A stretch of DNA of 64,000 nucleotides from the human T2T-CHM13v2.0 reference genome, Homo sapiens, in assembly GCF_009914755.1 (NCBI RefSeq), contig NC_060942.1. One strand, written 5' to 3'. Position 1 is the stretch's first letter; each line of letters opens with the position of its first letter. This document shows positions 40,794 through 61,945 of the stretch, in pieces. The notes under the pieces were generated by a model. That model did no database searches. It saw only the letters and a program-made list of their open reading frames with translations, and was not told the DNA's origin. A program made the position numbers and the translations under genes.

Positions 40794-42109
40794 CAGAGCC
40801 CGGGGGACCCCCAAGGGCAAGGGGTGAGCCCCGCCCCCGGCCTCCGCTTTCCGCGCGGCCGCACGGCCAGGAGCAGCTGTGGGCGGGGCCACGCGCAGGG
40901 GGCGGGTCTGGGGCGGTGCGGTCCTTCGGCCCCGCCCACCCTCCGGGGGTGGGGAAAGGACTCCAACCTTCGCTTCCCGCGCGGCAGAGTGCGGGAAGCG
41001 CCGATGGGTCCTTACCTGCAGGGAGCTTTCTCCGGCTTCTTAGAATACCTGGGAGCAGGAATTGGCTAGCCCTAAGACCTCTGGACCCAGCCTGTACAAA
41101 ACCTTTTTAGTATATTAGAAGAAAGGTGTTCCTTTTGATGTGACATCAGTTTTTCAGTGGCACAATCCCGAATGCTTATGGTCCCAGCCCACTGAGCTCT
41201 ACCAAGCTATGTTAGAGCGTTGCAAACTAGAAACCAGCACCCACGGGGTTGTAGGATGCCTTAGGATTTATAAGTTGGTGTCGGAAAGAGGGTTTCTGTG
41301 AATTTGTCAGCCAGCCTTTACATCTCAAAATTTAATTCCAAGAGCTTTCCAAATTTTGAAACCATGGCAAGAGTGCATTCAAATGAAACTGACTTTGGTT
41401 TGGTTTGGTTTTGGTGAGAGGGATAATGTGCTATGGACCCAGGCGTCTGTAGAACCTGGACATTTGATATAGGATCGGTCTTCCACTCAATGAATACGTT
41501 CTATATTTTAAAGGGGACTCCTCTTTCCCTTGCTTAGGAAAAAATATCGTCAAAATATTCATGGTAATCCAAAGTTTTGTTTTTTCAAAAATGTGTCATG
41601 ATGAGTTTTTCAAGTCCAAGAAACAGCAGTATGATTTATATTGTTTTTACACATGGCTTTTTATTAGCTCTGTTCGTGTGGGCTACATGAACGCCACACT
41701 AGCCCTAGGGACTCAATACCCGCATTACTTAAACTTATTTTTCATTAACTTCCCAGTTTTGGAAGTTGAATCCCATCTTCGGATTCATGGGCCATTACTG
41801 TTAAATCTCTTTCTAGTGCTCAAATAAAACCTTCAAGTTGAATATGGATTTAAGGCTTTCCGCCTGCTAGTCTCGAGATGTAATTTAAATGAAAGTACCA
41901 TACTTACTGCTATCTCAGCAGCAGCAGTAACAAACATTTATCCACTGTATGGTGTATGTGCGTCATTGCCCTGGACTCTCCATGGTTTTCAACCCATAGG
42001 ATTTAATCATTTTATTTTCTTTGGTTCTCTCATTGCTCTGGCAACCAGCTCTATGCCTTGCACAGAGTGAAGATTCCATAAATATTTGTTAAACAAACAT
42101 TAATGTTAT

Positions 42110-42340
42110 AAAAATGGCAAACACTTACTGAGTGCTTTCTGTGTGTAACTGCACTAAGCCTTCAACATATGTTAACTTATTGAATGCTGACAGCAGCCCT
42201 CTAAGGTAGATGCCATTAATATTTCCATTTACAGATGAGGAAACAGAAGCATAGATTAAATAATTTGCCCAATGTCACACAGTAAGTGGCAGAGGTAGGT
42301 TTCAATTCCAGCCATTCTATCATTGAAGCCTTCAATCTTA
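42110..42340. mobile_element. MIR
   Basis: CCATTTACAGATGAGGAAACAGAAGC...TTGCCCAATGTCACACAG. Confidence 0.75.
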
Positions 42341-42646
42341 AGAACCGTTTTATGTTAAACATTATGTATATTAAGTATTTTCAATTCATTACGCATGATT
42401 TGAACTCATGAGGGACCTGAATTTCAAGCATAATACAAGTAAATATTTGTAATTTTGCTGAACCATAAATGTAAATCTTTATGTTCTGTGAAGCTGTTTC
42501 TTAAAAAAAAAACTGTTTTATTGAAGCATATTATATAGAGAAAATTATGCCAGCCTTAAGAATGTAACTCAATGAATTTTTCCCAAAATGAATACCTCCC
42601 ATGCAACCAGCATCCAGATTTTTTTTTTAAAAAACACACATTTCTA

Positions 42647-42748
42647 GAGTTAATGGGTGCAGCACACCAACATGGCACATGTATACATATGTAACAAACC
42701 TGCACGTTGTGCACATGTACCCTAGAACTTAAAGTATAATAAAAAAAA
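42647..42748 (+). mobile_element. ~100-bp L1PA 3' end nested in an older L1M fragment
   Basis: GAGTTAATGGGTGCAGCACACCAACATGG...AAAGTATAATAAAAAAA; TSD ATTTCTA on both sides. Confidence 0.9.
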
Positions 42749-44687
42749 ATTTCTATTGGGTATGTAACTAGGAGTAGAGTTGCTGGGTCATAGTAGATCC
42801 TGCCAAATTTTCAGAGTGGTTGTGCTAATTTACACTGCCATCAGCAGTATGTGAGGGCTTCAGCTGTCTGACTTTTTTTGTTAGCTTGTAGAAACTCTTT
42901 ATTCTGAATACCTGTCTCTGCTTGGATATATACATATAGCGAATATTTGCACCCACTTCGTGGGATGACTTTTCACTCTCTTAATGTTGTCTTTTAGTGA
43001 ATAGATACTTATAATTTTAATATAGCTCAATTTACTATTTTCCCCCGTAAGGGTTTTTTGTGTGTCATGTCTGGGAATCTTGCTTGTTGTTTTGTCTAAG
43101 TTGTTAAACTTTAAATTTTATAGCATTTTTCCTTCAGAACTGAGAGCTTTTCGGTTTGAGTTAGATAAGACCATTTTACAAATAGCGAAATTGAGAAACT
43201 GGGCCTGGCAAACTGAAGTTTCAAGGATCAGAATGCTTTTACTCCAGGCCCCAGGAACTCTGGGCCAGTGAATTTTAAAATCTGTGTTTTTGAAGTAATC
43301 CATGTAGGGGAAATTCCTTACAATTAAGTGATGTTTTACCTTCAGGGCAATACCGTATTGCAAATTTTGTACAACACAATGAGGAGGGATTTCCAACTAC
43401 CCTCTAGTGCCTGAGGCAATTTCCAAAAATTAAGCTCAGATTTTTGAATTGGGAGGGGAATAAAAATTATGAGGGTCCCTCAACACACCATTGGGCCCTG
43501 CACAGAGCTGGAGAGATGGAGTGGCAGTACCAGGGCTTGGTTTGCTGCCTGATTCCTTATAACTATCTTCTGGCAATATCCATGACTCATTGCCAGCCTC
43601 TTCTGTGCTAGCAAAAAGTATCCCAAATGCCAGAAGATTGACAGGCCTGTCCCATTTATAAAACCCATGGATGTCTTCTAGCACATAGCACAGAATGGTG
43701 TTTTGCTCTGGAGTGAATAAGAAGCCAAAAAGCAGATTGGGAGATATCTTTTCTTTCTGGTCTTCCTACTCACAGGGAGCCCTGTGGATTAATGGGTTGT
43801 TTTTTCATAATTGGTGATCAATTTCAATTTTCTTTGACCCAGATACACTCCCCTCATCAATGGCACACATAATTGTTGGCTGGAGTTGGGGTAAAATCCA
43901 TGGTCTGTGAGCCACTCCAGTAGTCTTAAAATAGACCTCTGTTTTGCTTAAGCTAGCTGGAAAGAATTTCACTTAGTTACAGCAAAAATAGTGTTAAAAC
44001 TAAGGTTACCATGCCAATTCATTGTTTGCATTAGTGGATTAACTATTTTTGGAGCCTCCTAATGACTTTGAATAAATTGTATTTGATAAGAGTAATGAAA
44101 ACGATATTGTCTGCCTGCTCCTTCAGTGCATGATCATTCATTCACATGTGTTTGTTCTTATTCACAACATCAGACAATTAAGTGTTAAAACCGCTATACT
44201 AGAGGCAAGGCAGTAGGAATACAACTTGCTTGGGGAATTCAGATTTAACTTTGAACAGTTAGAAAATTATTATATGTGTTTTAATAAGTTGAATGCTTTA
44301 GGCTGCAAGGGCAAAAAAAGCCCCAATTCAAAGTGGCTTAAACAATAAAGAAATCTGTTATCTCACTGAACTGTAAATTAGATTAGGACTGGGCCCAGGC
44401 AGTTACGACTAGGTTCTCTCTATCTTTGAGAAGTTCTGGTTCTACCTCACATTGACTTTGTCCTCAGGTTAGCTTCTCTCAAGGTTCTAAGATGTCAGAT
44501 CTTCTTTAGGTTCAATGGGAGAGACAGAAAATCTCTTTCATCCTTGGATAAAATTTCTGCCTTTCATTCTGATTAGGTCAATCTAGGTTACATGTCCATC
44601 TTTGGAACATTAACCGTAGCCAGGGGAAGACCAAGCACTGAATCAGTTGCTGGTAAAGAGTACAAGATTACCAGCCTTGATTGAGAA

Positions 44688-44870
44688 CAGTGGTTCTCAA
44701 ACTCTAATATCATTCAGAATCACTTCTGGAGTTGGTTAAAACACAAATTTCTGAGACCCACATTTCTAGTTTTAGTAGGTTGAGAATAGGGTCTAATAAT
44801 TTGTATTGCTAACAAGCTCCAGGTGATACTAATGCTGCTTATCTGGGGACCACACTCTGAGAATCACTAG
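44688..44870. mobile_element. MER5A-like DNA transposon
   Basis: CAGTGGTTCTCAAA ... CACACTCTGAGAATCACTAG. Confidence 0.75.
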
Positions 44871-46356
44871 TTAGACAAATCCTGATCTACCCTGGGAACT
44901 GGGGATGGAGTTAGCTTCCCCTGAGTCACAAGGGTTATGTGTGTGTGATGGGGAGTGAACGTATGAACTCAACTGGGGATCAGTTCAGAAGGAGGAAGGC
45001 AGAAATGAAAGATCCAAATATAACCAACAGTGTGTCCTGCACAGTTAATCAAGAACATGATCGTGCCTTATAGATTATCTATTAGGATTACAAAATGCAG
45101 TAGTGATCCAAGTTAGAAGGATATAATTATATGATAAGAACAAAGACTTTTCGGTTCAAGGTTATGCCATAGATCAAATAATCAGTTTTCAACCAACAGG
45201 GATACAATATATGAGGTTTCTAAGGAAGACGAACACAGAGGTGTACTGAACCACTATGTAGAACAGTCACTCCACTCATCTCTTCTCATGACTTTATGGA
45301 GTCATTATTTTCTCTTCAAGTATAGTGCATAACTGCAAGGCAGAGTTACAAAGTGAAGAGTTTAAATTCTTTTCAGTAATGAGTTTAATTAGGGTCCTGT
45401 TTATAATTTTTACCAATAAAATTTAAAATATATTACAATCACAAATGCAAAATATGCTAATATAAAAATTAAAATAGTGGAGAACTGTATAAAGTAAAAA
45501 CAATTCTCTCCCCCTCCCCAACTCCAATCCCACTTCTTGGAGTCAACCAATGATTAGTAGTGTGATACCCAACCTTCCAGAGAATTTCTATTCTGTGCAT
45601 TTACAAATATATACGCTCTGATTTTTAAAAATAGGATCAGAAGATATAAATGTATGGCATATACATATTTCATTCCATAACATAAAGTAGTTATCTTTCT
45701 ATAAGGTAAGCATGGATCTACCTAGTACTACCAGTATGATTGTGTCCAGAGCAGGGATGCCTGTCCAAGGTGACAAGAGGAGGTGGAAATCAGCCCTCAG
45801 TCTGTGAGTCTGCCACACTACATCCATCAGGAGGAAGTGCCTTTTTCTAACTTTAAGACAGGTGCTATATTAGCAGCCCTAGAAGTGCTTAACTATTTTT
45901 AGTACTTCATTGTACGAAACATATCATAATCATAATTTAATCTCATACAGACATTTGAATTGTTTTCCAGTTTTTGCTATTATGAATAACACTTCACAAA
46001 TACCTTTAATCACTTGAGTCAAAGAAAATTGGAATTGATAACCAATTATTAAAAAACAATCCGTTGATCCTTAGAGCTCCCTCAGCAAGCGGGGGTTACA
46101 AAGAAGAATAGATGTCTCCCAATCTCCCAATCTGCTCCTTGTCCTTCTGCTCTCCCAAGACAGTATCAGCATGTGCTATGAGATGTCTATTTGGTTTAAA
46201 AATGAGACAGTTCTATTAGTCTGGCATCCTAGACACCTTTTGCCAGCACAGAAAAGAGGAGCAAAGAGTTAATCATATTATCACAAATTTTAGAAGGTTT
46301 GATCCCAACCAAGCTGTCATTTTTCTCAGTGTCTTTCTGCCTCTTAAAACACTTCT

Positions 46357-46678
<322 letters not shown>

Positions 46679-47207
46679 TCAAAGACACCCTTTTCAGTAG
46701 GGCATCACCTAAATGCTGAAGGCAAGACTCCTGTGTTTTTTTTTTTGATTTTACAATGTTTTCAACTTGAAGGAAATCACAGAGATAATGAAACACAATC
46801 CTGTTTCAAACATTTTAGCAGCTTTCCATATTAACTTCAGATATTTAAAAGTAAACATATTAAAATATTGAACCCAGTTGAAGCCCCTTGGCAGGGTTCA
46901 ATTAAAAATGGCTACAAAGAAAGAGCACGATCCCATTGTGAATATTTACCATGTGTAATATGGTAAAGCAACTGGACATTGTTGATAGATAAGAGTCAGC
47001 AAGTCTACTAGTTTTTATTATCTGTTGCTCTAGACACCCAGGACCCTAAAGCATTCTTCTTCACCCCATGAAAGGCCAGAAACCTAATCCATGGTGAGCT
47101 GTTAATGACCTAATATTCTTTTTTATCCTCTGTGATTTTGAGTTCCTATATAACATTTCATTCATAGAACTGGGATCCAAGCATCCCTGAGGTCTATGCA
47201 ACATTTC

Positions 47208-53718
<6,511 letters not shown>

Positions 53719-56129
53719 CTATGTAACATTTCATACTTTGAGGAGTTTACCTGATCTGACAGCATCCTGTTTTAAACAAAGTTCCACTTGTTGGGATTAA
53801 GACCTATACCAATTTGGGTGATTGTAGTGGCAATATAGAGAACCCAAATCAAATTGGCTTTAGCAATAAAGGGTATTGGCTCATATAAGTAAAAAAGACT
53901 TGAGGTGGGCTCAGCGTCAGGTACAGTTGGATCAGAGTTTCAGCCTCTGCTTTCCTCCATGTGTCAGCTTCATCTCCAGGCACACTCTGATGATAGCAAA
54001 ATGACTGTAGCACTTCCAGACTTCGCATCTCTACATCACAACATCTAACGAAGAAAGAGCAGATTGACTTATCACTCCCTAAAATGTTCTGAAGTTCACT
54101 CTTCATGGACTGCTTAGATCATGTGTCTTTCCCTGAAATAATCACGAAGGCAGGGGAATAGAATGTGATGACTGACTTGGCCAAGGTTACTTGCTCCTCC
54201 TTTTGTACAAGGTTAACGATAGCCTTTCTTAACTTCACGGATCTCCAAACACAAACTGGAGGACTGTTGGGAAGGAAGATGAGATAGGCCTGCCTTAGGC
54301 CCAATAATACCTTGAGAAATAGAACAGGAAAGCAGGTAACTTAAGTATAGCAGGACATGTTTTCTATGTTGGTATGTAAATCCTTGAGAGCTGGAGTAGT
54401 CCCTCCCTCACCTGAAGCTCTTGGGACTCTCTGTCCTAGTGAGACTCTCTGGCTAGTGCCATCTTTGTTCCCAAAGGGTTGCACAGATTGCTGATCTTCA
54501 TGTATATATGCATGAGGAGCTTAGGGAGAACTGGGAAGCTGTAGTCATTCATTTGAGTTCTTATGTCTTGTATTCTTGGTAAAACCTGTTTGTTGGACTG
54601 GTAGTGAAAGCAACATCAGCAAAGTCCAATTGTTCATGCTCACCCATCTCTAACCAGCACACCCTTTGTGGCCTGGCCTCACTCTGCAGGGAGGTAACTA
54701 TAAACAGCCACTACAATGACACCGTCTCAGTGTAGTCCTTTCAAAATTAAAACTGATTCCTTACAGAAACATTCTCTGTTATGAAAATCACTCCTTATCT
54801 TTGCTGCTTAAGTCCTGAATGAGATACGTAGTTTAAAACTTCAGAATTAAGTTCAGGTAAAGAAAGCATTGCCTATTTAAAAAAATGGTGGCAAAATATT
54901 GGAATGGGTTACTAAGGGAGCTCATAGACTGTGCTTCTCTAGGGAAAAGTGAAAAACAGAAGAGCTTGTTGACAATGATAGTCTATTTATATATGGAAAA
55001 AATATGCCTGATTCCTAGGGGTGGCATTACGTTGTGCTTTATTTTAGTGTGTTCTGCTTACAAAGGAGCAATTATCTTTCTGTTGATCCTTGATAGTATG
55101 AAAGTTTTCAATTTGACAAATTGTGGTGTGTATTTCACTTAACTTTTACTGAGCCTTTACCATGAGCCAATCTAGGAGCTTTGGCTGCACAAGACTTGGT
55201 TTCTGCTTGGAGGACACAGTCTAGTAGATGTAGACAGGTATGCAAACCAAAGTGTGCCAAAGGTGCTGTTGGTGTTCCAGTGACAGTGCTTCTCAAGGTA
55301 GTGTCCTTGGAACAGACTGATCAGATCACATGGGATTGCTCACTTAAAACCCAGGTTCCTGGTCCCTAACCCCAGACCCCACTGAACCATACTGGAGTAG
55401 GACAAGGTGCGCAGGGATCTCATCAACAAGCTCCCAGGTGAAGCTTTGCACCCGGAAATTTGGAAATTGGTACAGGGTACAGTGGGGGCATAAAAAGAGA
55501 GAGAATGATCAATGCTACCTTGGCAGGGGTGGCGATCAAAAATGTTTTTATCATAGAGGTGATATTTCAGTTGAGCTTTAAAAAGATGAGGGCGAGTTTT
55601 AAAGACAGCCAGGGTCAGGAGGGGGCTTCCAGCCAGGGGAACGGCATGAGTAAAGGTAATGAGGCAGGAAAAGCATCATCTATTCCTCGGAAGGAGCATC
55701 ACTATCTCCCTTGTTCCTGGGAAGGAGCTGAATGGGGAACAGGAAGTGGTGGCTTACGAGCACAAGCCTATGCTTCTCATACATGTGACATGTTGATTGC
55801 AAGCCAGTGAGGCTTTGTTCCACATCTTCCTTCTGGGACACAAGTAAAGAAGCAGCCAAATGAAGTGGAAGGGCTGCTCAGGCAGAAGAAAGAACATGGC
55901 AGAGCCACACCATGACTGCTGAGCTTCTGCTCAGAGGCAGCACATGTCATTTTTATTCACAGTCTGTTGGCCCAAAGAGGTCACATGACAGCAATGGGGC
56001 AGGGACATATAATCCAATCACAGGGAGGGGCAGCAAATATTTGGAGTAATTATACAATCTCCTATAGGTGGGAGTTAGTAGAAATCACTGAATTAACAGA
56101 AAGACATAAACTATCAAAAGAATTGAACA

Positions 56130-56426
56130 GGCCAGTCGCAGTGGCTCACGCCTGTAATCCCAGTACTTTGGGAGGCCAAGGTGGGTGGATCACAAGGTCA
56201 GGAGTTCAAGACCAGCTTGGTCAAGATGGTGAAACCCCATCTCTACTAAAAATACAAAAAAATTAGTCGGGCATGGTGGCAGGTGCCTGTAATCCCAGTC
56301 ACTTGGGAGGCTGAGGCAGAGAATTGCTTGAACCCGGGAGGCGGAGGTTGCAGTGAGCCTGGATCGCGCCACTGCACTCCAGCCTGGGTGACAGACTGAG
56401 ATTCGTCTCAAAAAAAAAAAAAAAAA
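56130..56426 (+). mobile_element. Alu (AluS-like)
   Basis: Alu consensus; TSD AAAAGAATTGAACA. Confidence 0.94.
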
Positions 56427-59400
56427 GAATTGAACAAGGAGTTCAACAATCTTTTTGAAGTTAGGTTTTGAGGGTGTGATATTGGGATGTTGAATCATCA
56501 ATTTTTTTATTGGTTATATCTGCACCTATTAGCCAAAGCAGGCTAAGAAATATATATAAAGGTGTTTCCCAGAGTGTGCTGCTTAGAACTCGCTGCTTCC
56601 AGGAGATGCTATGGGGTACTATGAGAACGGGAATTATGTAAGTAAATACATTTAGGAGACTTGAATTTTCATAGTGCACGTTTAAGTGTTAAAAGCTCCT
56701 GGAAATTCTTCAGTGGTAACAATTAATTAAATTTTTAAAAAAGTAACTTCGTTTTAATACAACATTTCCCCTAGTTTATTTAATCACAGAATCCTTTTTG
56801 TGTAACACTTATTAACATGCTGCAGGACTTTTATCTTCAGAATCATACTTCAGAAAATGCTGAATGAAACTACTTTAAAACAATATCAAAGACAATCTCA
56901 GTTTTCCTCGGTAACCACTCTAGGATTTACCAAAATTTCCTCTAAAAGAAATGTACTCTGATGCTAATTTAAGTATGTTACAGGCAGAGTCAATTTTCTG
57001 GTGCTACACATATGTAATGATAGATGTGACCAAATGTCATAAAGTGATTTTCATAGGACTTCTCTGCTAATTTCTACTTAGATGACTACAGGTCAACAAA
57101 ATGGGGGCTATATGACACCTTATACACCATAGATGCTTAAATATTTCTAAAGGTGGCACACAGTTGAATATAACCACAAACACTCAAAGCTTTATACGTA
57201 CTCAGTCAAGCCTCTGGATTGAATAGGTTTGTAGCAATCTGCCAACGACTCCTTCGGAAATCTGAGCGAATGATTTGAGGTGTTAAATCACCGATTATGT
57301 TTATTTCTAACACGAGCCCATTCAGTTTGGTTTCCTAAACACTTTTTGGAAGGATCCCTGTGAGATTCCAGGCTACATACCATTATTAGTTTGATACTTT
57401 AATGTTGAGATCTGTCCATAATATTTTAAATTTTAAGACAGTGTTTTTTTTTGTTGTTGCTGTTTTTTTCTTTTTTAACTTCTGGAACTCTACTCAGTAG
57501 CTTCATTATAGTCTAGATAACTAAACATCTTAAGTAAAGCTACATTTATGATTGCTAATGAAATTCTCATTCAATATCTGCATTACTTATATAGAACTTA
57601 CTTCCAAAAAGCATTTGAAGAGGCAGCTCATTAAGGGCATTCTAAGAGTTCCCCTTTCTACTAATCTCCCTTTGAGGCCTATCAAATGTTAGGAAGGACA
57701 CTCTAGTGCTCAAACTCTTTTACCCAAAGTGTTTACTTTCTGTATTTTAATAGCTTCTTCAGTTCCCTTGCCTGTCCCACATGGGTACATGAAGCCTTGT
57801 AATTGTGTAAATAAAGAGTAAAAACCTGCAATTATGATATAAATATGTACTCAAATTTAAAGCAACTAGTTATCAAAGACAAATGGATACAGGATCCTGC
57901 ACCAGAATGAATCTGCTCAATATTGACATAGTGAATCGTCCTGAGAAGATTAAACCACAACTAGAAAAGCAGGCGGAGGGACAGTGAGTGACAGGGGCTT
58001 TATGGGGGGGCAGTGCCTCCCAGGGGGAGAGTTCATCTTCTTACTCAAAGAGACGCCTTCAGGGATCATGTAACTTGAATTCCCTGTGAATTCAGTGTCA
58101 TCTTAGCTTGACCAGCTCTGGAAGAACATATTAACCTCCGCTTGTGATTTTCAGAAAACCATTCTAATTTAGCAAGTAATTAAGGGTCACATGTAGGACA
58201 AAGAGCTAGATAATCTTGGATTACCCACAGGAAGCTTTGTCTCCAAGGCAACCCCCGATGGAGGGGCTGTTAATGCGAAGGCCAGTCGGTTAATGAACTG
58301 GGAAAGGTAACTGGCTCCCAAACCTGTTAGAGCCAGGGAAATGGACATAACAATTATATTGCTATTGAATGACTCAGTGATAGAAAAGAAATGCTTCCAA
58401 AGCCAGTGGAGGCAAAACGTTTAGAGAAAGGATATAATTGTCACTGTTCTGCTAGACCAAATCCACAGATCTAAAATTAGCCTATTGTGAGTTCAAGCCA
58501 GGCCAATCTGTATTTATGAATTTTAGCCTAGTCTCCAGCTGAATCTTCTGGTTTCAGTGTTTCCTATGACCTAATTACCCCACAACCTGGTTTTTCCTGA
58601 GGGGCAGCCTCAGTTAGTACACTAGGCTGTGAGAGTGGCCCAAGGGAGTTTCGGAAGAGGAGACAAAACTTGTATTGTCCATCAGAGCCCTTGATACTCC
58701 ATGCTGGGCTAAAAAATAAGATAGGGTTGCACAGAGAAGCACTATAAGAGGATTTTTAGACCAGGTTGGTAAAGGTGGAAGAGAAGACTGCAGGTGACCC
58801 AGTGACGGAGATGCTATGATAAGAGGAAAAGAAAAACAAAGGCATTCCCATGAGAAAACTTGAGAGGGACAGAGTGGAAAATTTAAGCGCCCTCGTCACT
58901 TCCTCAATGCTGCTCTCTTTTTTCTAATGGTCAAATTTAGGTCTCACATTCTCTACAAAGCCTTCTAAAACTCTACGAGCTCTTATTTATTTCCTGTCTT
59001 TGAACACTTACTGAACCACACTGCACACTTACCTGTATGTTCTCTTTCCATGTTCATTAAGAGTCTTGTGTACCTGGGTATTGTGTCTCTCGGCTTGTAA
59101 GGTAAGGGATCATGGGATATTCATTCAGCAGTCTCTAAATATTTACTAAGAATCTATTGTGAGGTGAGCACTATGCTAGCTGCTGGAGAAATAAAGATCA
59201 ATAAAATACAGTGTCTGCCAGAAGGAGCTCATAGACTACTGAAGGATGCAGAGAAGCCAGCATGAAAGTGCAATAAATAAGAGTGACGTCTAAGCAGCTG
59301 GACATTCATCTGGTACAGTACATTCCTGGATATCGAGCAACAAGAAAGAGGAGCCGGAATGATTTATCACCAAGGCCAATGTATGGCTGCCCATAATCAC

Positions 59401-60459
59401 CAACTCAAGAAACAAGTGAAAGCAGAGAGGATTGAACTTCTGGGTTAAGGCAGAAAAGGATAAAAAGCAAAGACATTTTGGCAAAGACTGACTATGACTT
59501 CTTACCCAGGAAAATAAGACCAGTGTGGTGTGTTTTCAGCATCTGATGAGGTGCATGCCCTTTTGAGCTAATTCTTCCATCAGGACAGATTTGAGGGTGT
59601 AAGGAAGGCAAGTGATGCTAAACTGATCAGATTTAGACCACAGGGAATGGAAAGAGATGATTCACTTTAAATCTGAAACTAAATGGGGAAAGGACTGCTT
59701 TCACAGTTGTAGGGGACTCATCTTAAAATTCTCTGGAATAGAAGTATAAAGGCTGAAGGGACCTATTTGGATCTATGGATGATTATGTAGGAAACTATAT
59801 TAATGATAAAGAAATAAACACCCAATGTCAACAAAAAGTGGAAAAGACAAAAGGAAATCTATCTGATAGAATAAAGCTCAAAATGCTCTGGTGAGTTGAA
59901 ACCCAAATAAGACAGATGAGCAAGAGGCAGGGCAGAGTCCCAAACAAACCTCAAAGAAATTTAGAGTTTTCAAGCCCAAAGGTAAAAAGTGAAAATGAGA
60001 TACAGACTCCACCAAGGGAAATGGAAAATACCTCCTTATATAATGAAGACGCAAGAAGTCAGGGAAATCTGCTGCTTATTAGATGGGCTTATGAGAAAAA
60101 CTCTATGATGCTCATCTGAGATGTTCACACAGTTCTGTGTGCTTACAAAGGAAAACAGAACCAGCACGGGGAGAAGGGACATCATATTTTCCTTTCTCAG
60201 AGTAATTATAAACAGATACAAAAAACCTGGTGGGAAAAGTAGATGTGGAAGCAGACAATGAAGAAGCCAATTGGTAGGCTGAGTTAAACTGTGGCAGTTT
60301 GTCTGATGGCTGTTTCAATGGTCTGGAAGTCTTTGGGAAGGTGTTCCATGTCTATAATTCTGACAATATAGTATTCTCTGGGTGACATTTTAGATACACA
60401 TGGCCATATCTGAAAACCATGGGGACATGCAAGAGGAAGTCCTGAAACTGTAATCAACT

Positions 60460-61050
60460 CATTCATTCATTGAATAAGCATTTATTGTGCACCTAGATGA
60501 ACAGAACCTAGCACTGTTTTCGCATTAGGGATAGAGCAATGAATGAGAAAAACAAGGCCTTGGCGTCATAGTGTCTTATGGGCCAGAGGGGAGAGATGGA
60601 CAATAAAACTATGGACAAGCTTTTAAAAATAAAATTTCAAATTGTGATATTGGTAAGTGCTGTAAAAGCAAATAAACAAAAACCAGAGAGGTGAGATAGA
60701 GAGACTGGTAGGCAGGAAACCTTGGTGGTTTAGGTAGAGGGCTCTGGGAAGCCTTTTGGTGGGGAAGACATTGGAGCTGAAGCTTGAGGGATAAAGAGGC
60801 AGCTCAGTGAAGATCGGGGGCAGAGAGTCCCAGGCAGAGGGACAACAATGTAACGTCCCAGTGGCGGGAAAAACATGGCATGTTCAAGGAGCAGAAGAGA
60901 AGCCCAGAATGAAGGGAGTGTGGTCAGAAGTGGGAGAATGGAGGCAGAGGAGGCTGGAAGGATTGACAAGGACCTGCTAACCATGGAAAGGGGTTTGAAG
61001 TATATTCTAACTGCAGTGGGAAGTGACCAGAGGGTTTCAAGCAAAGGCTG
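60460..61050. mobile_element. L2 fragment
   Basis: CATTCATTCATT..GCATTTATTG end and purine-rich L2-like body. Confidence 0.6.
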
Positions 61051-61244
61051 CTATCATCTTTCTATGTGATCTCTGCTGCTCCACAAATCTAGTGGACCAG
61101 CAGAACCACCACCCCCGGGAAGATCTCAGATCCCACCGCAGACTGGCTGCAGCAGAATCTATACTTTTACAAAATCTCTGAATGCTGCATGCGTACGTGA
61201 ACTTGAAGAAGCACTTCAAGAATGATATCTATGCTTTAAAAAGA

Positions 61245-61945
61245 CTGCATGGTACACCCACTAGGATGGTTATACTTTTTTTGAGAAGGAAAATAACAAG
61301 TGTTGGTGAGGATGTGGAGAAACTGGAACCTTTTCACATTGTTGGTGGGAATAAAAAGTGGAGCAGCCACTGTGGAAACCAGTTTGGCTGTTCCTCAATA
61401 ATGCAAACATAGTTACTCACTTAGAACATTTCCACTTCTGGGAATATACCCAAAAGAATTGAAAACAGATGTTCAAAGAAAAACTTGTACATAAATATTC
61501 AGAGCAGCACTACACACAATAAACGAAAGGTAGAAACAGCCCAAATGTTCATTTACTGATGAAAGGATAAACAAATGTGGTCTATCCATATAATGGGATA
61601 TTATTCAGCCATAAAAGGAATGAAGTACTGATACATGCTACAACAGGGATAAATCTTGAAAACATGCTAAGTGAAAGAAGCTAGACATGTTAGGCCACAT
61701 ATTACATGATTCCGTGTATATGCAATATTCAAAATAGGCAAATCCATAGAGACAGAATGCAGATGGTGGTTGCCAAAGGCAGCGGGGAGGAGAGAATGGA
61801 GAGACTGACTAATGGGTACAGGGTTTCCTTTAGAGGTGATGAAAACCCCAAACTAGATAGTGGTGATGGTTGCACAACACTGCCAATGTACTAAGTGTCA
61901 CTAATGGTAAATTTTGTGTTATGTGTATTGTACCATAATTTTCAA
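61245..61945 (+). mobile_element. L1MB-like 3' fragment
   Basis: AACAAGTGTTGGTGAGGATGTGGAGAAACTGGAACC...GATGGTTGCACAACACTG. Confidence 0.85.

Larger units (their letters stand above)
40250..41030. promoter_or_regulatory. LMAN1: CpG-island promoter of LMAN1 with GC boxes
   Basis: Sharp rise in GC and CpG around exon 1; several GGGCGG/CCGCCC motifs at 40735-40940; no TATA box seen. Confidence 0.92.

Noticed and set aside
40242-41110. Several overlapping 100-216 aa ORFs on both strands
   Set aside because: Expected from stop-codon scarcity in a CpG island; only the MAGSRQ frame matches a known protein
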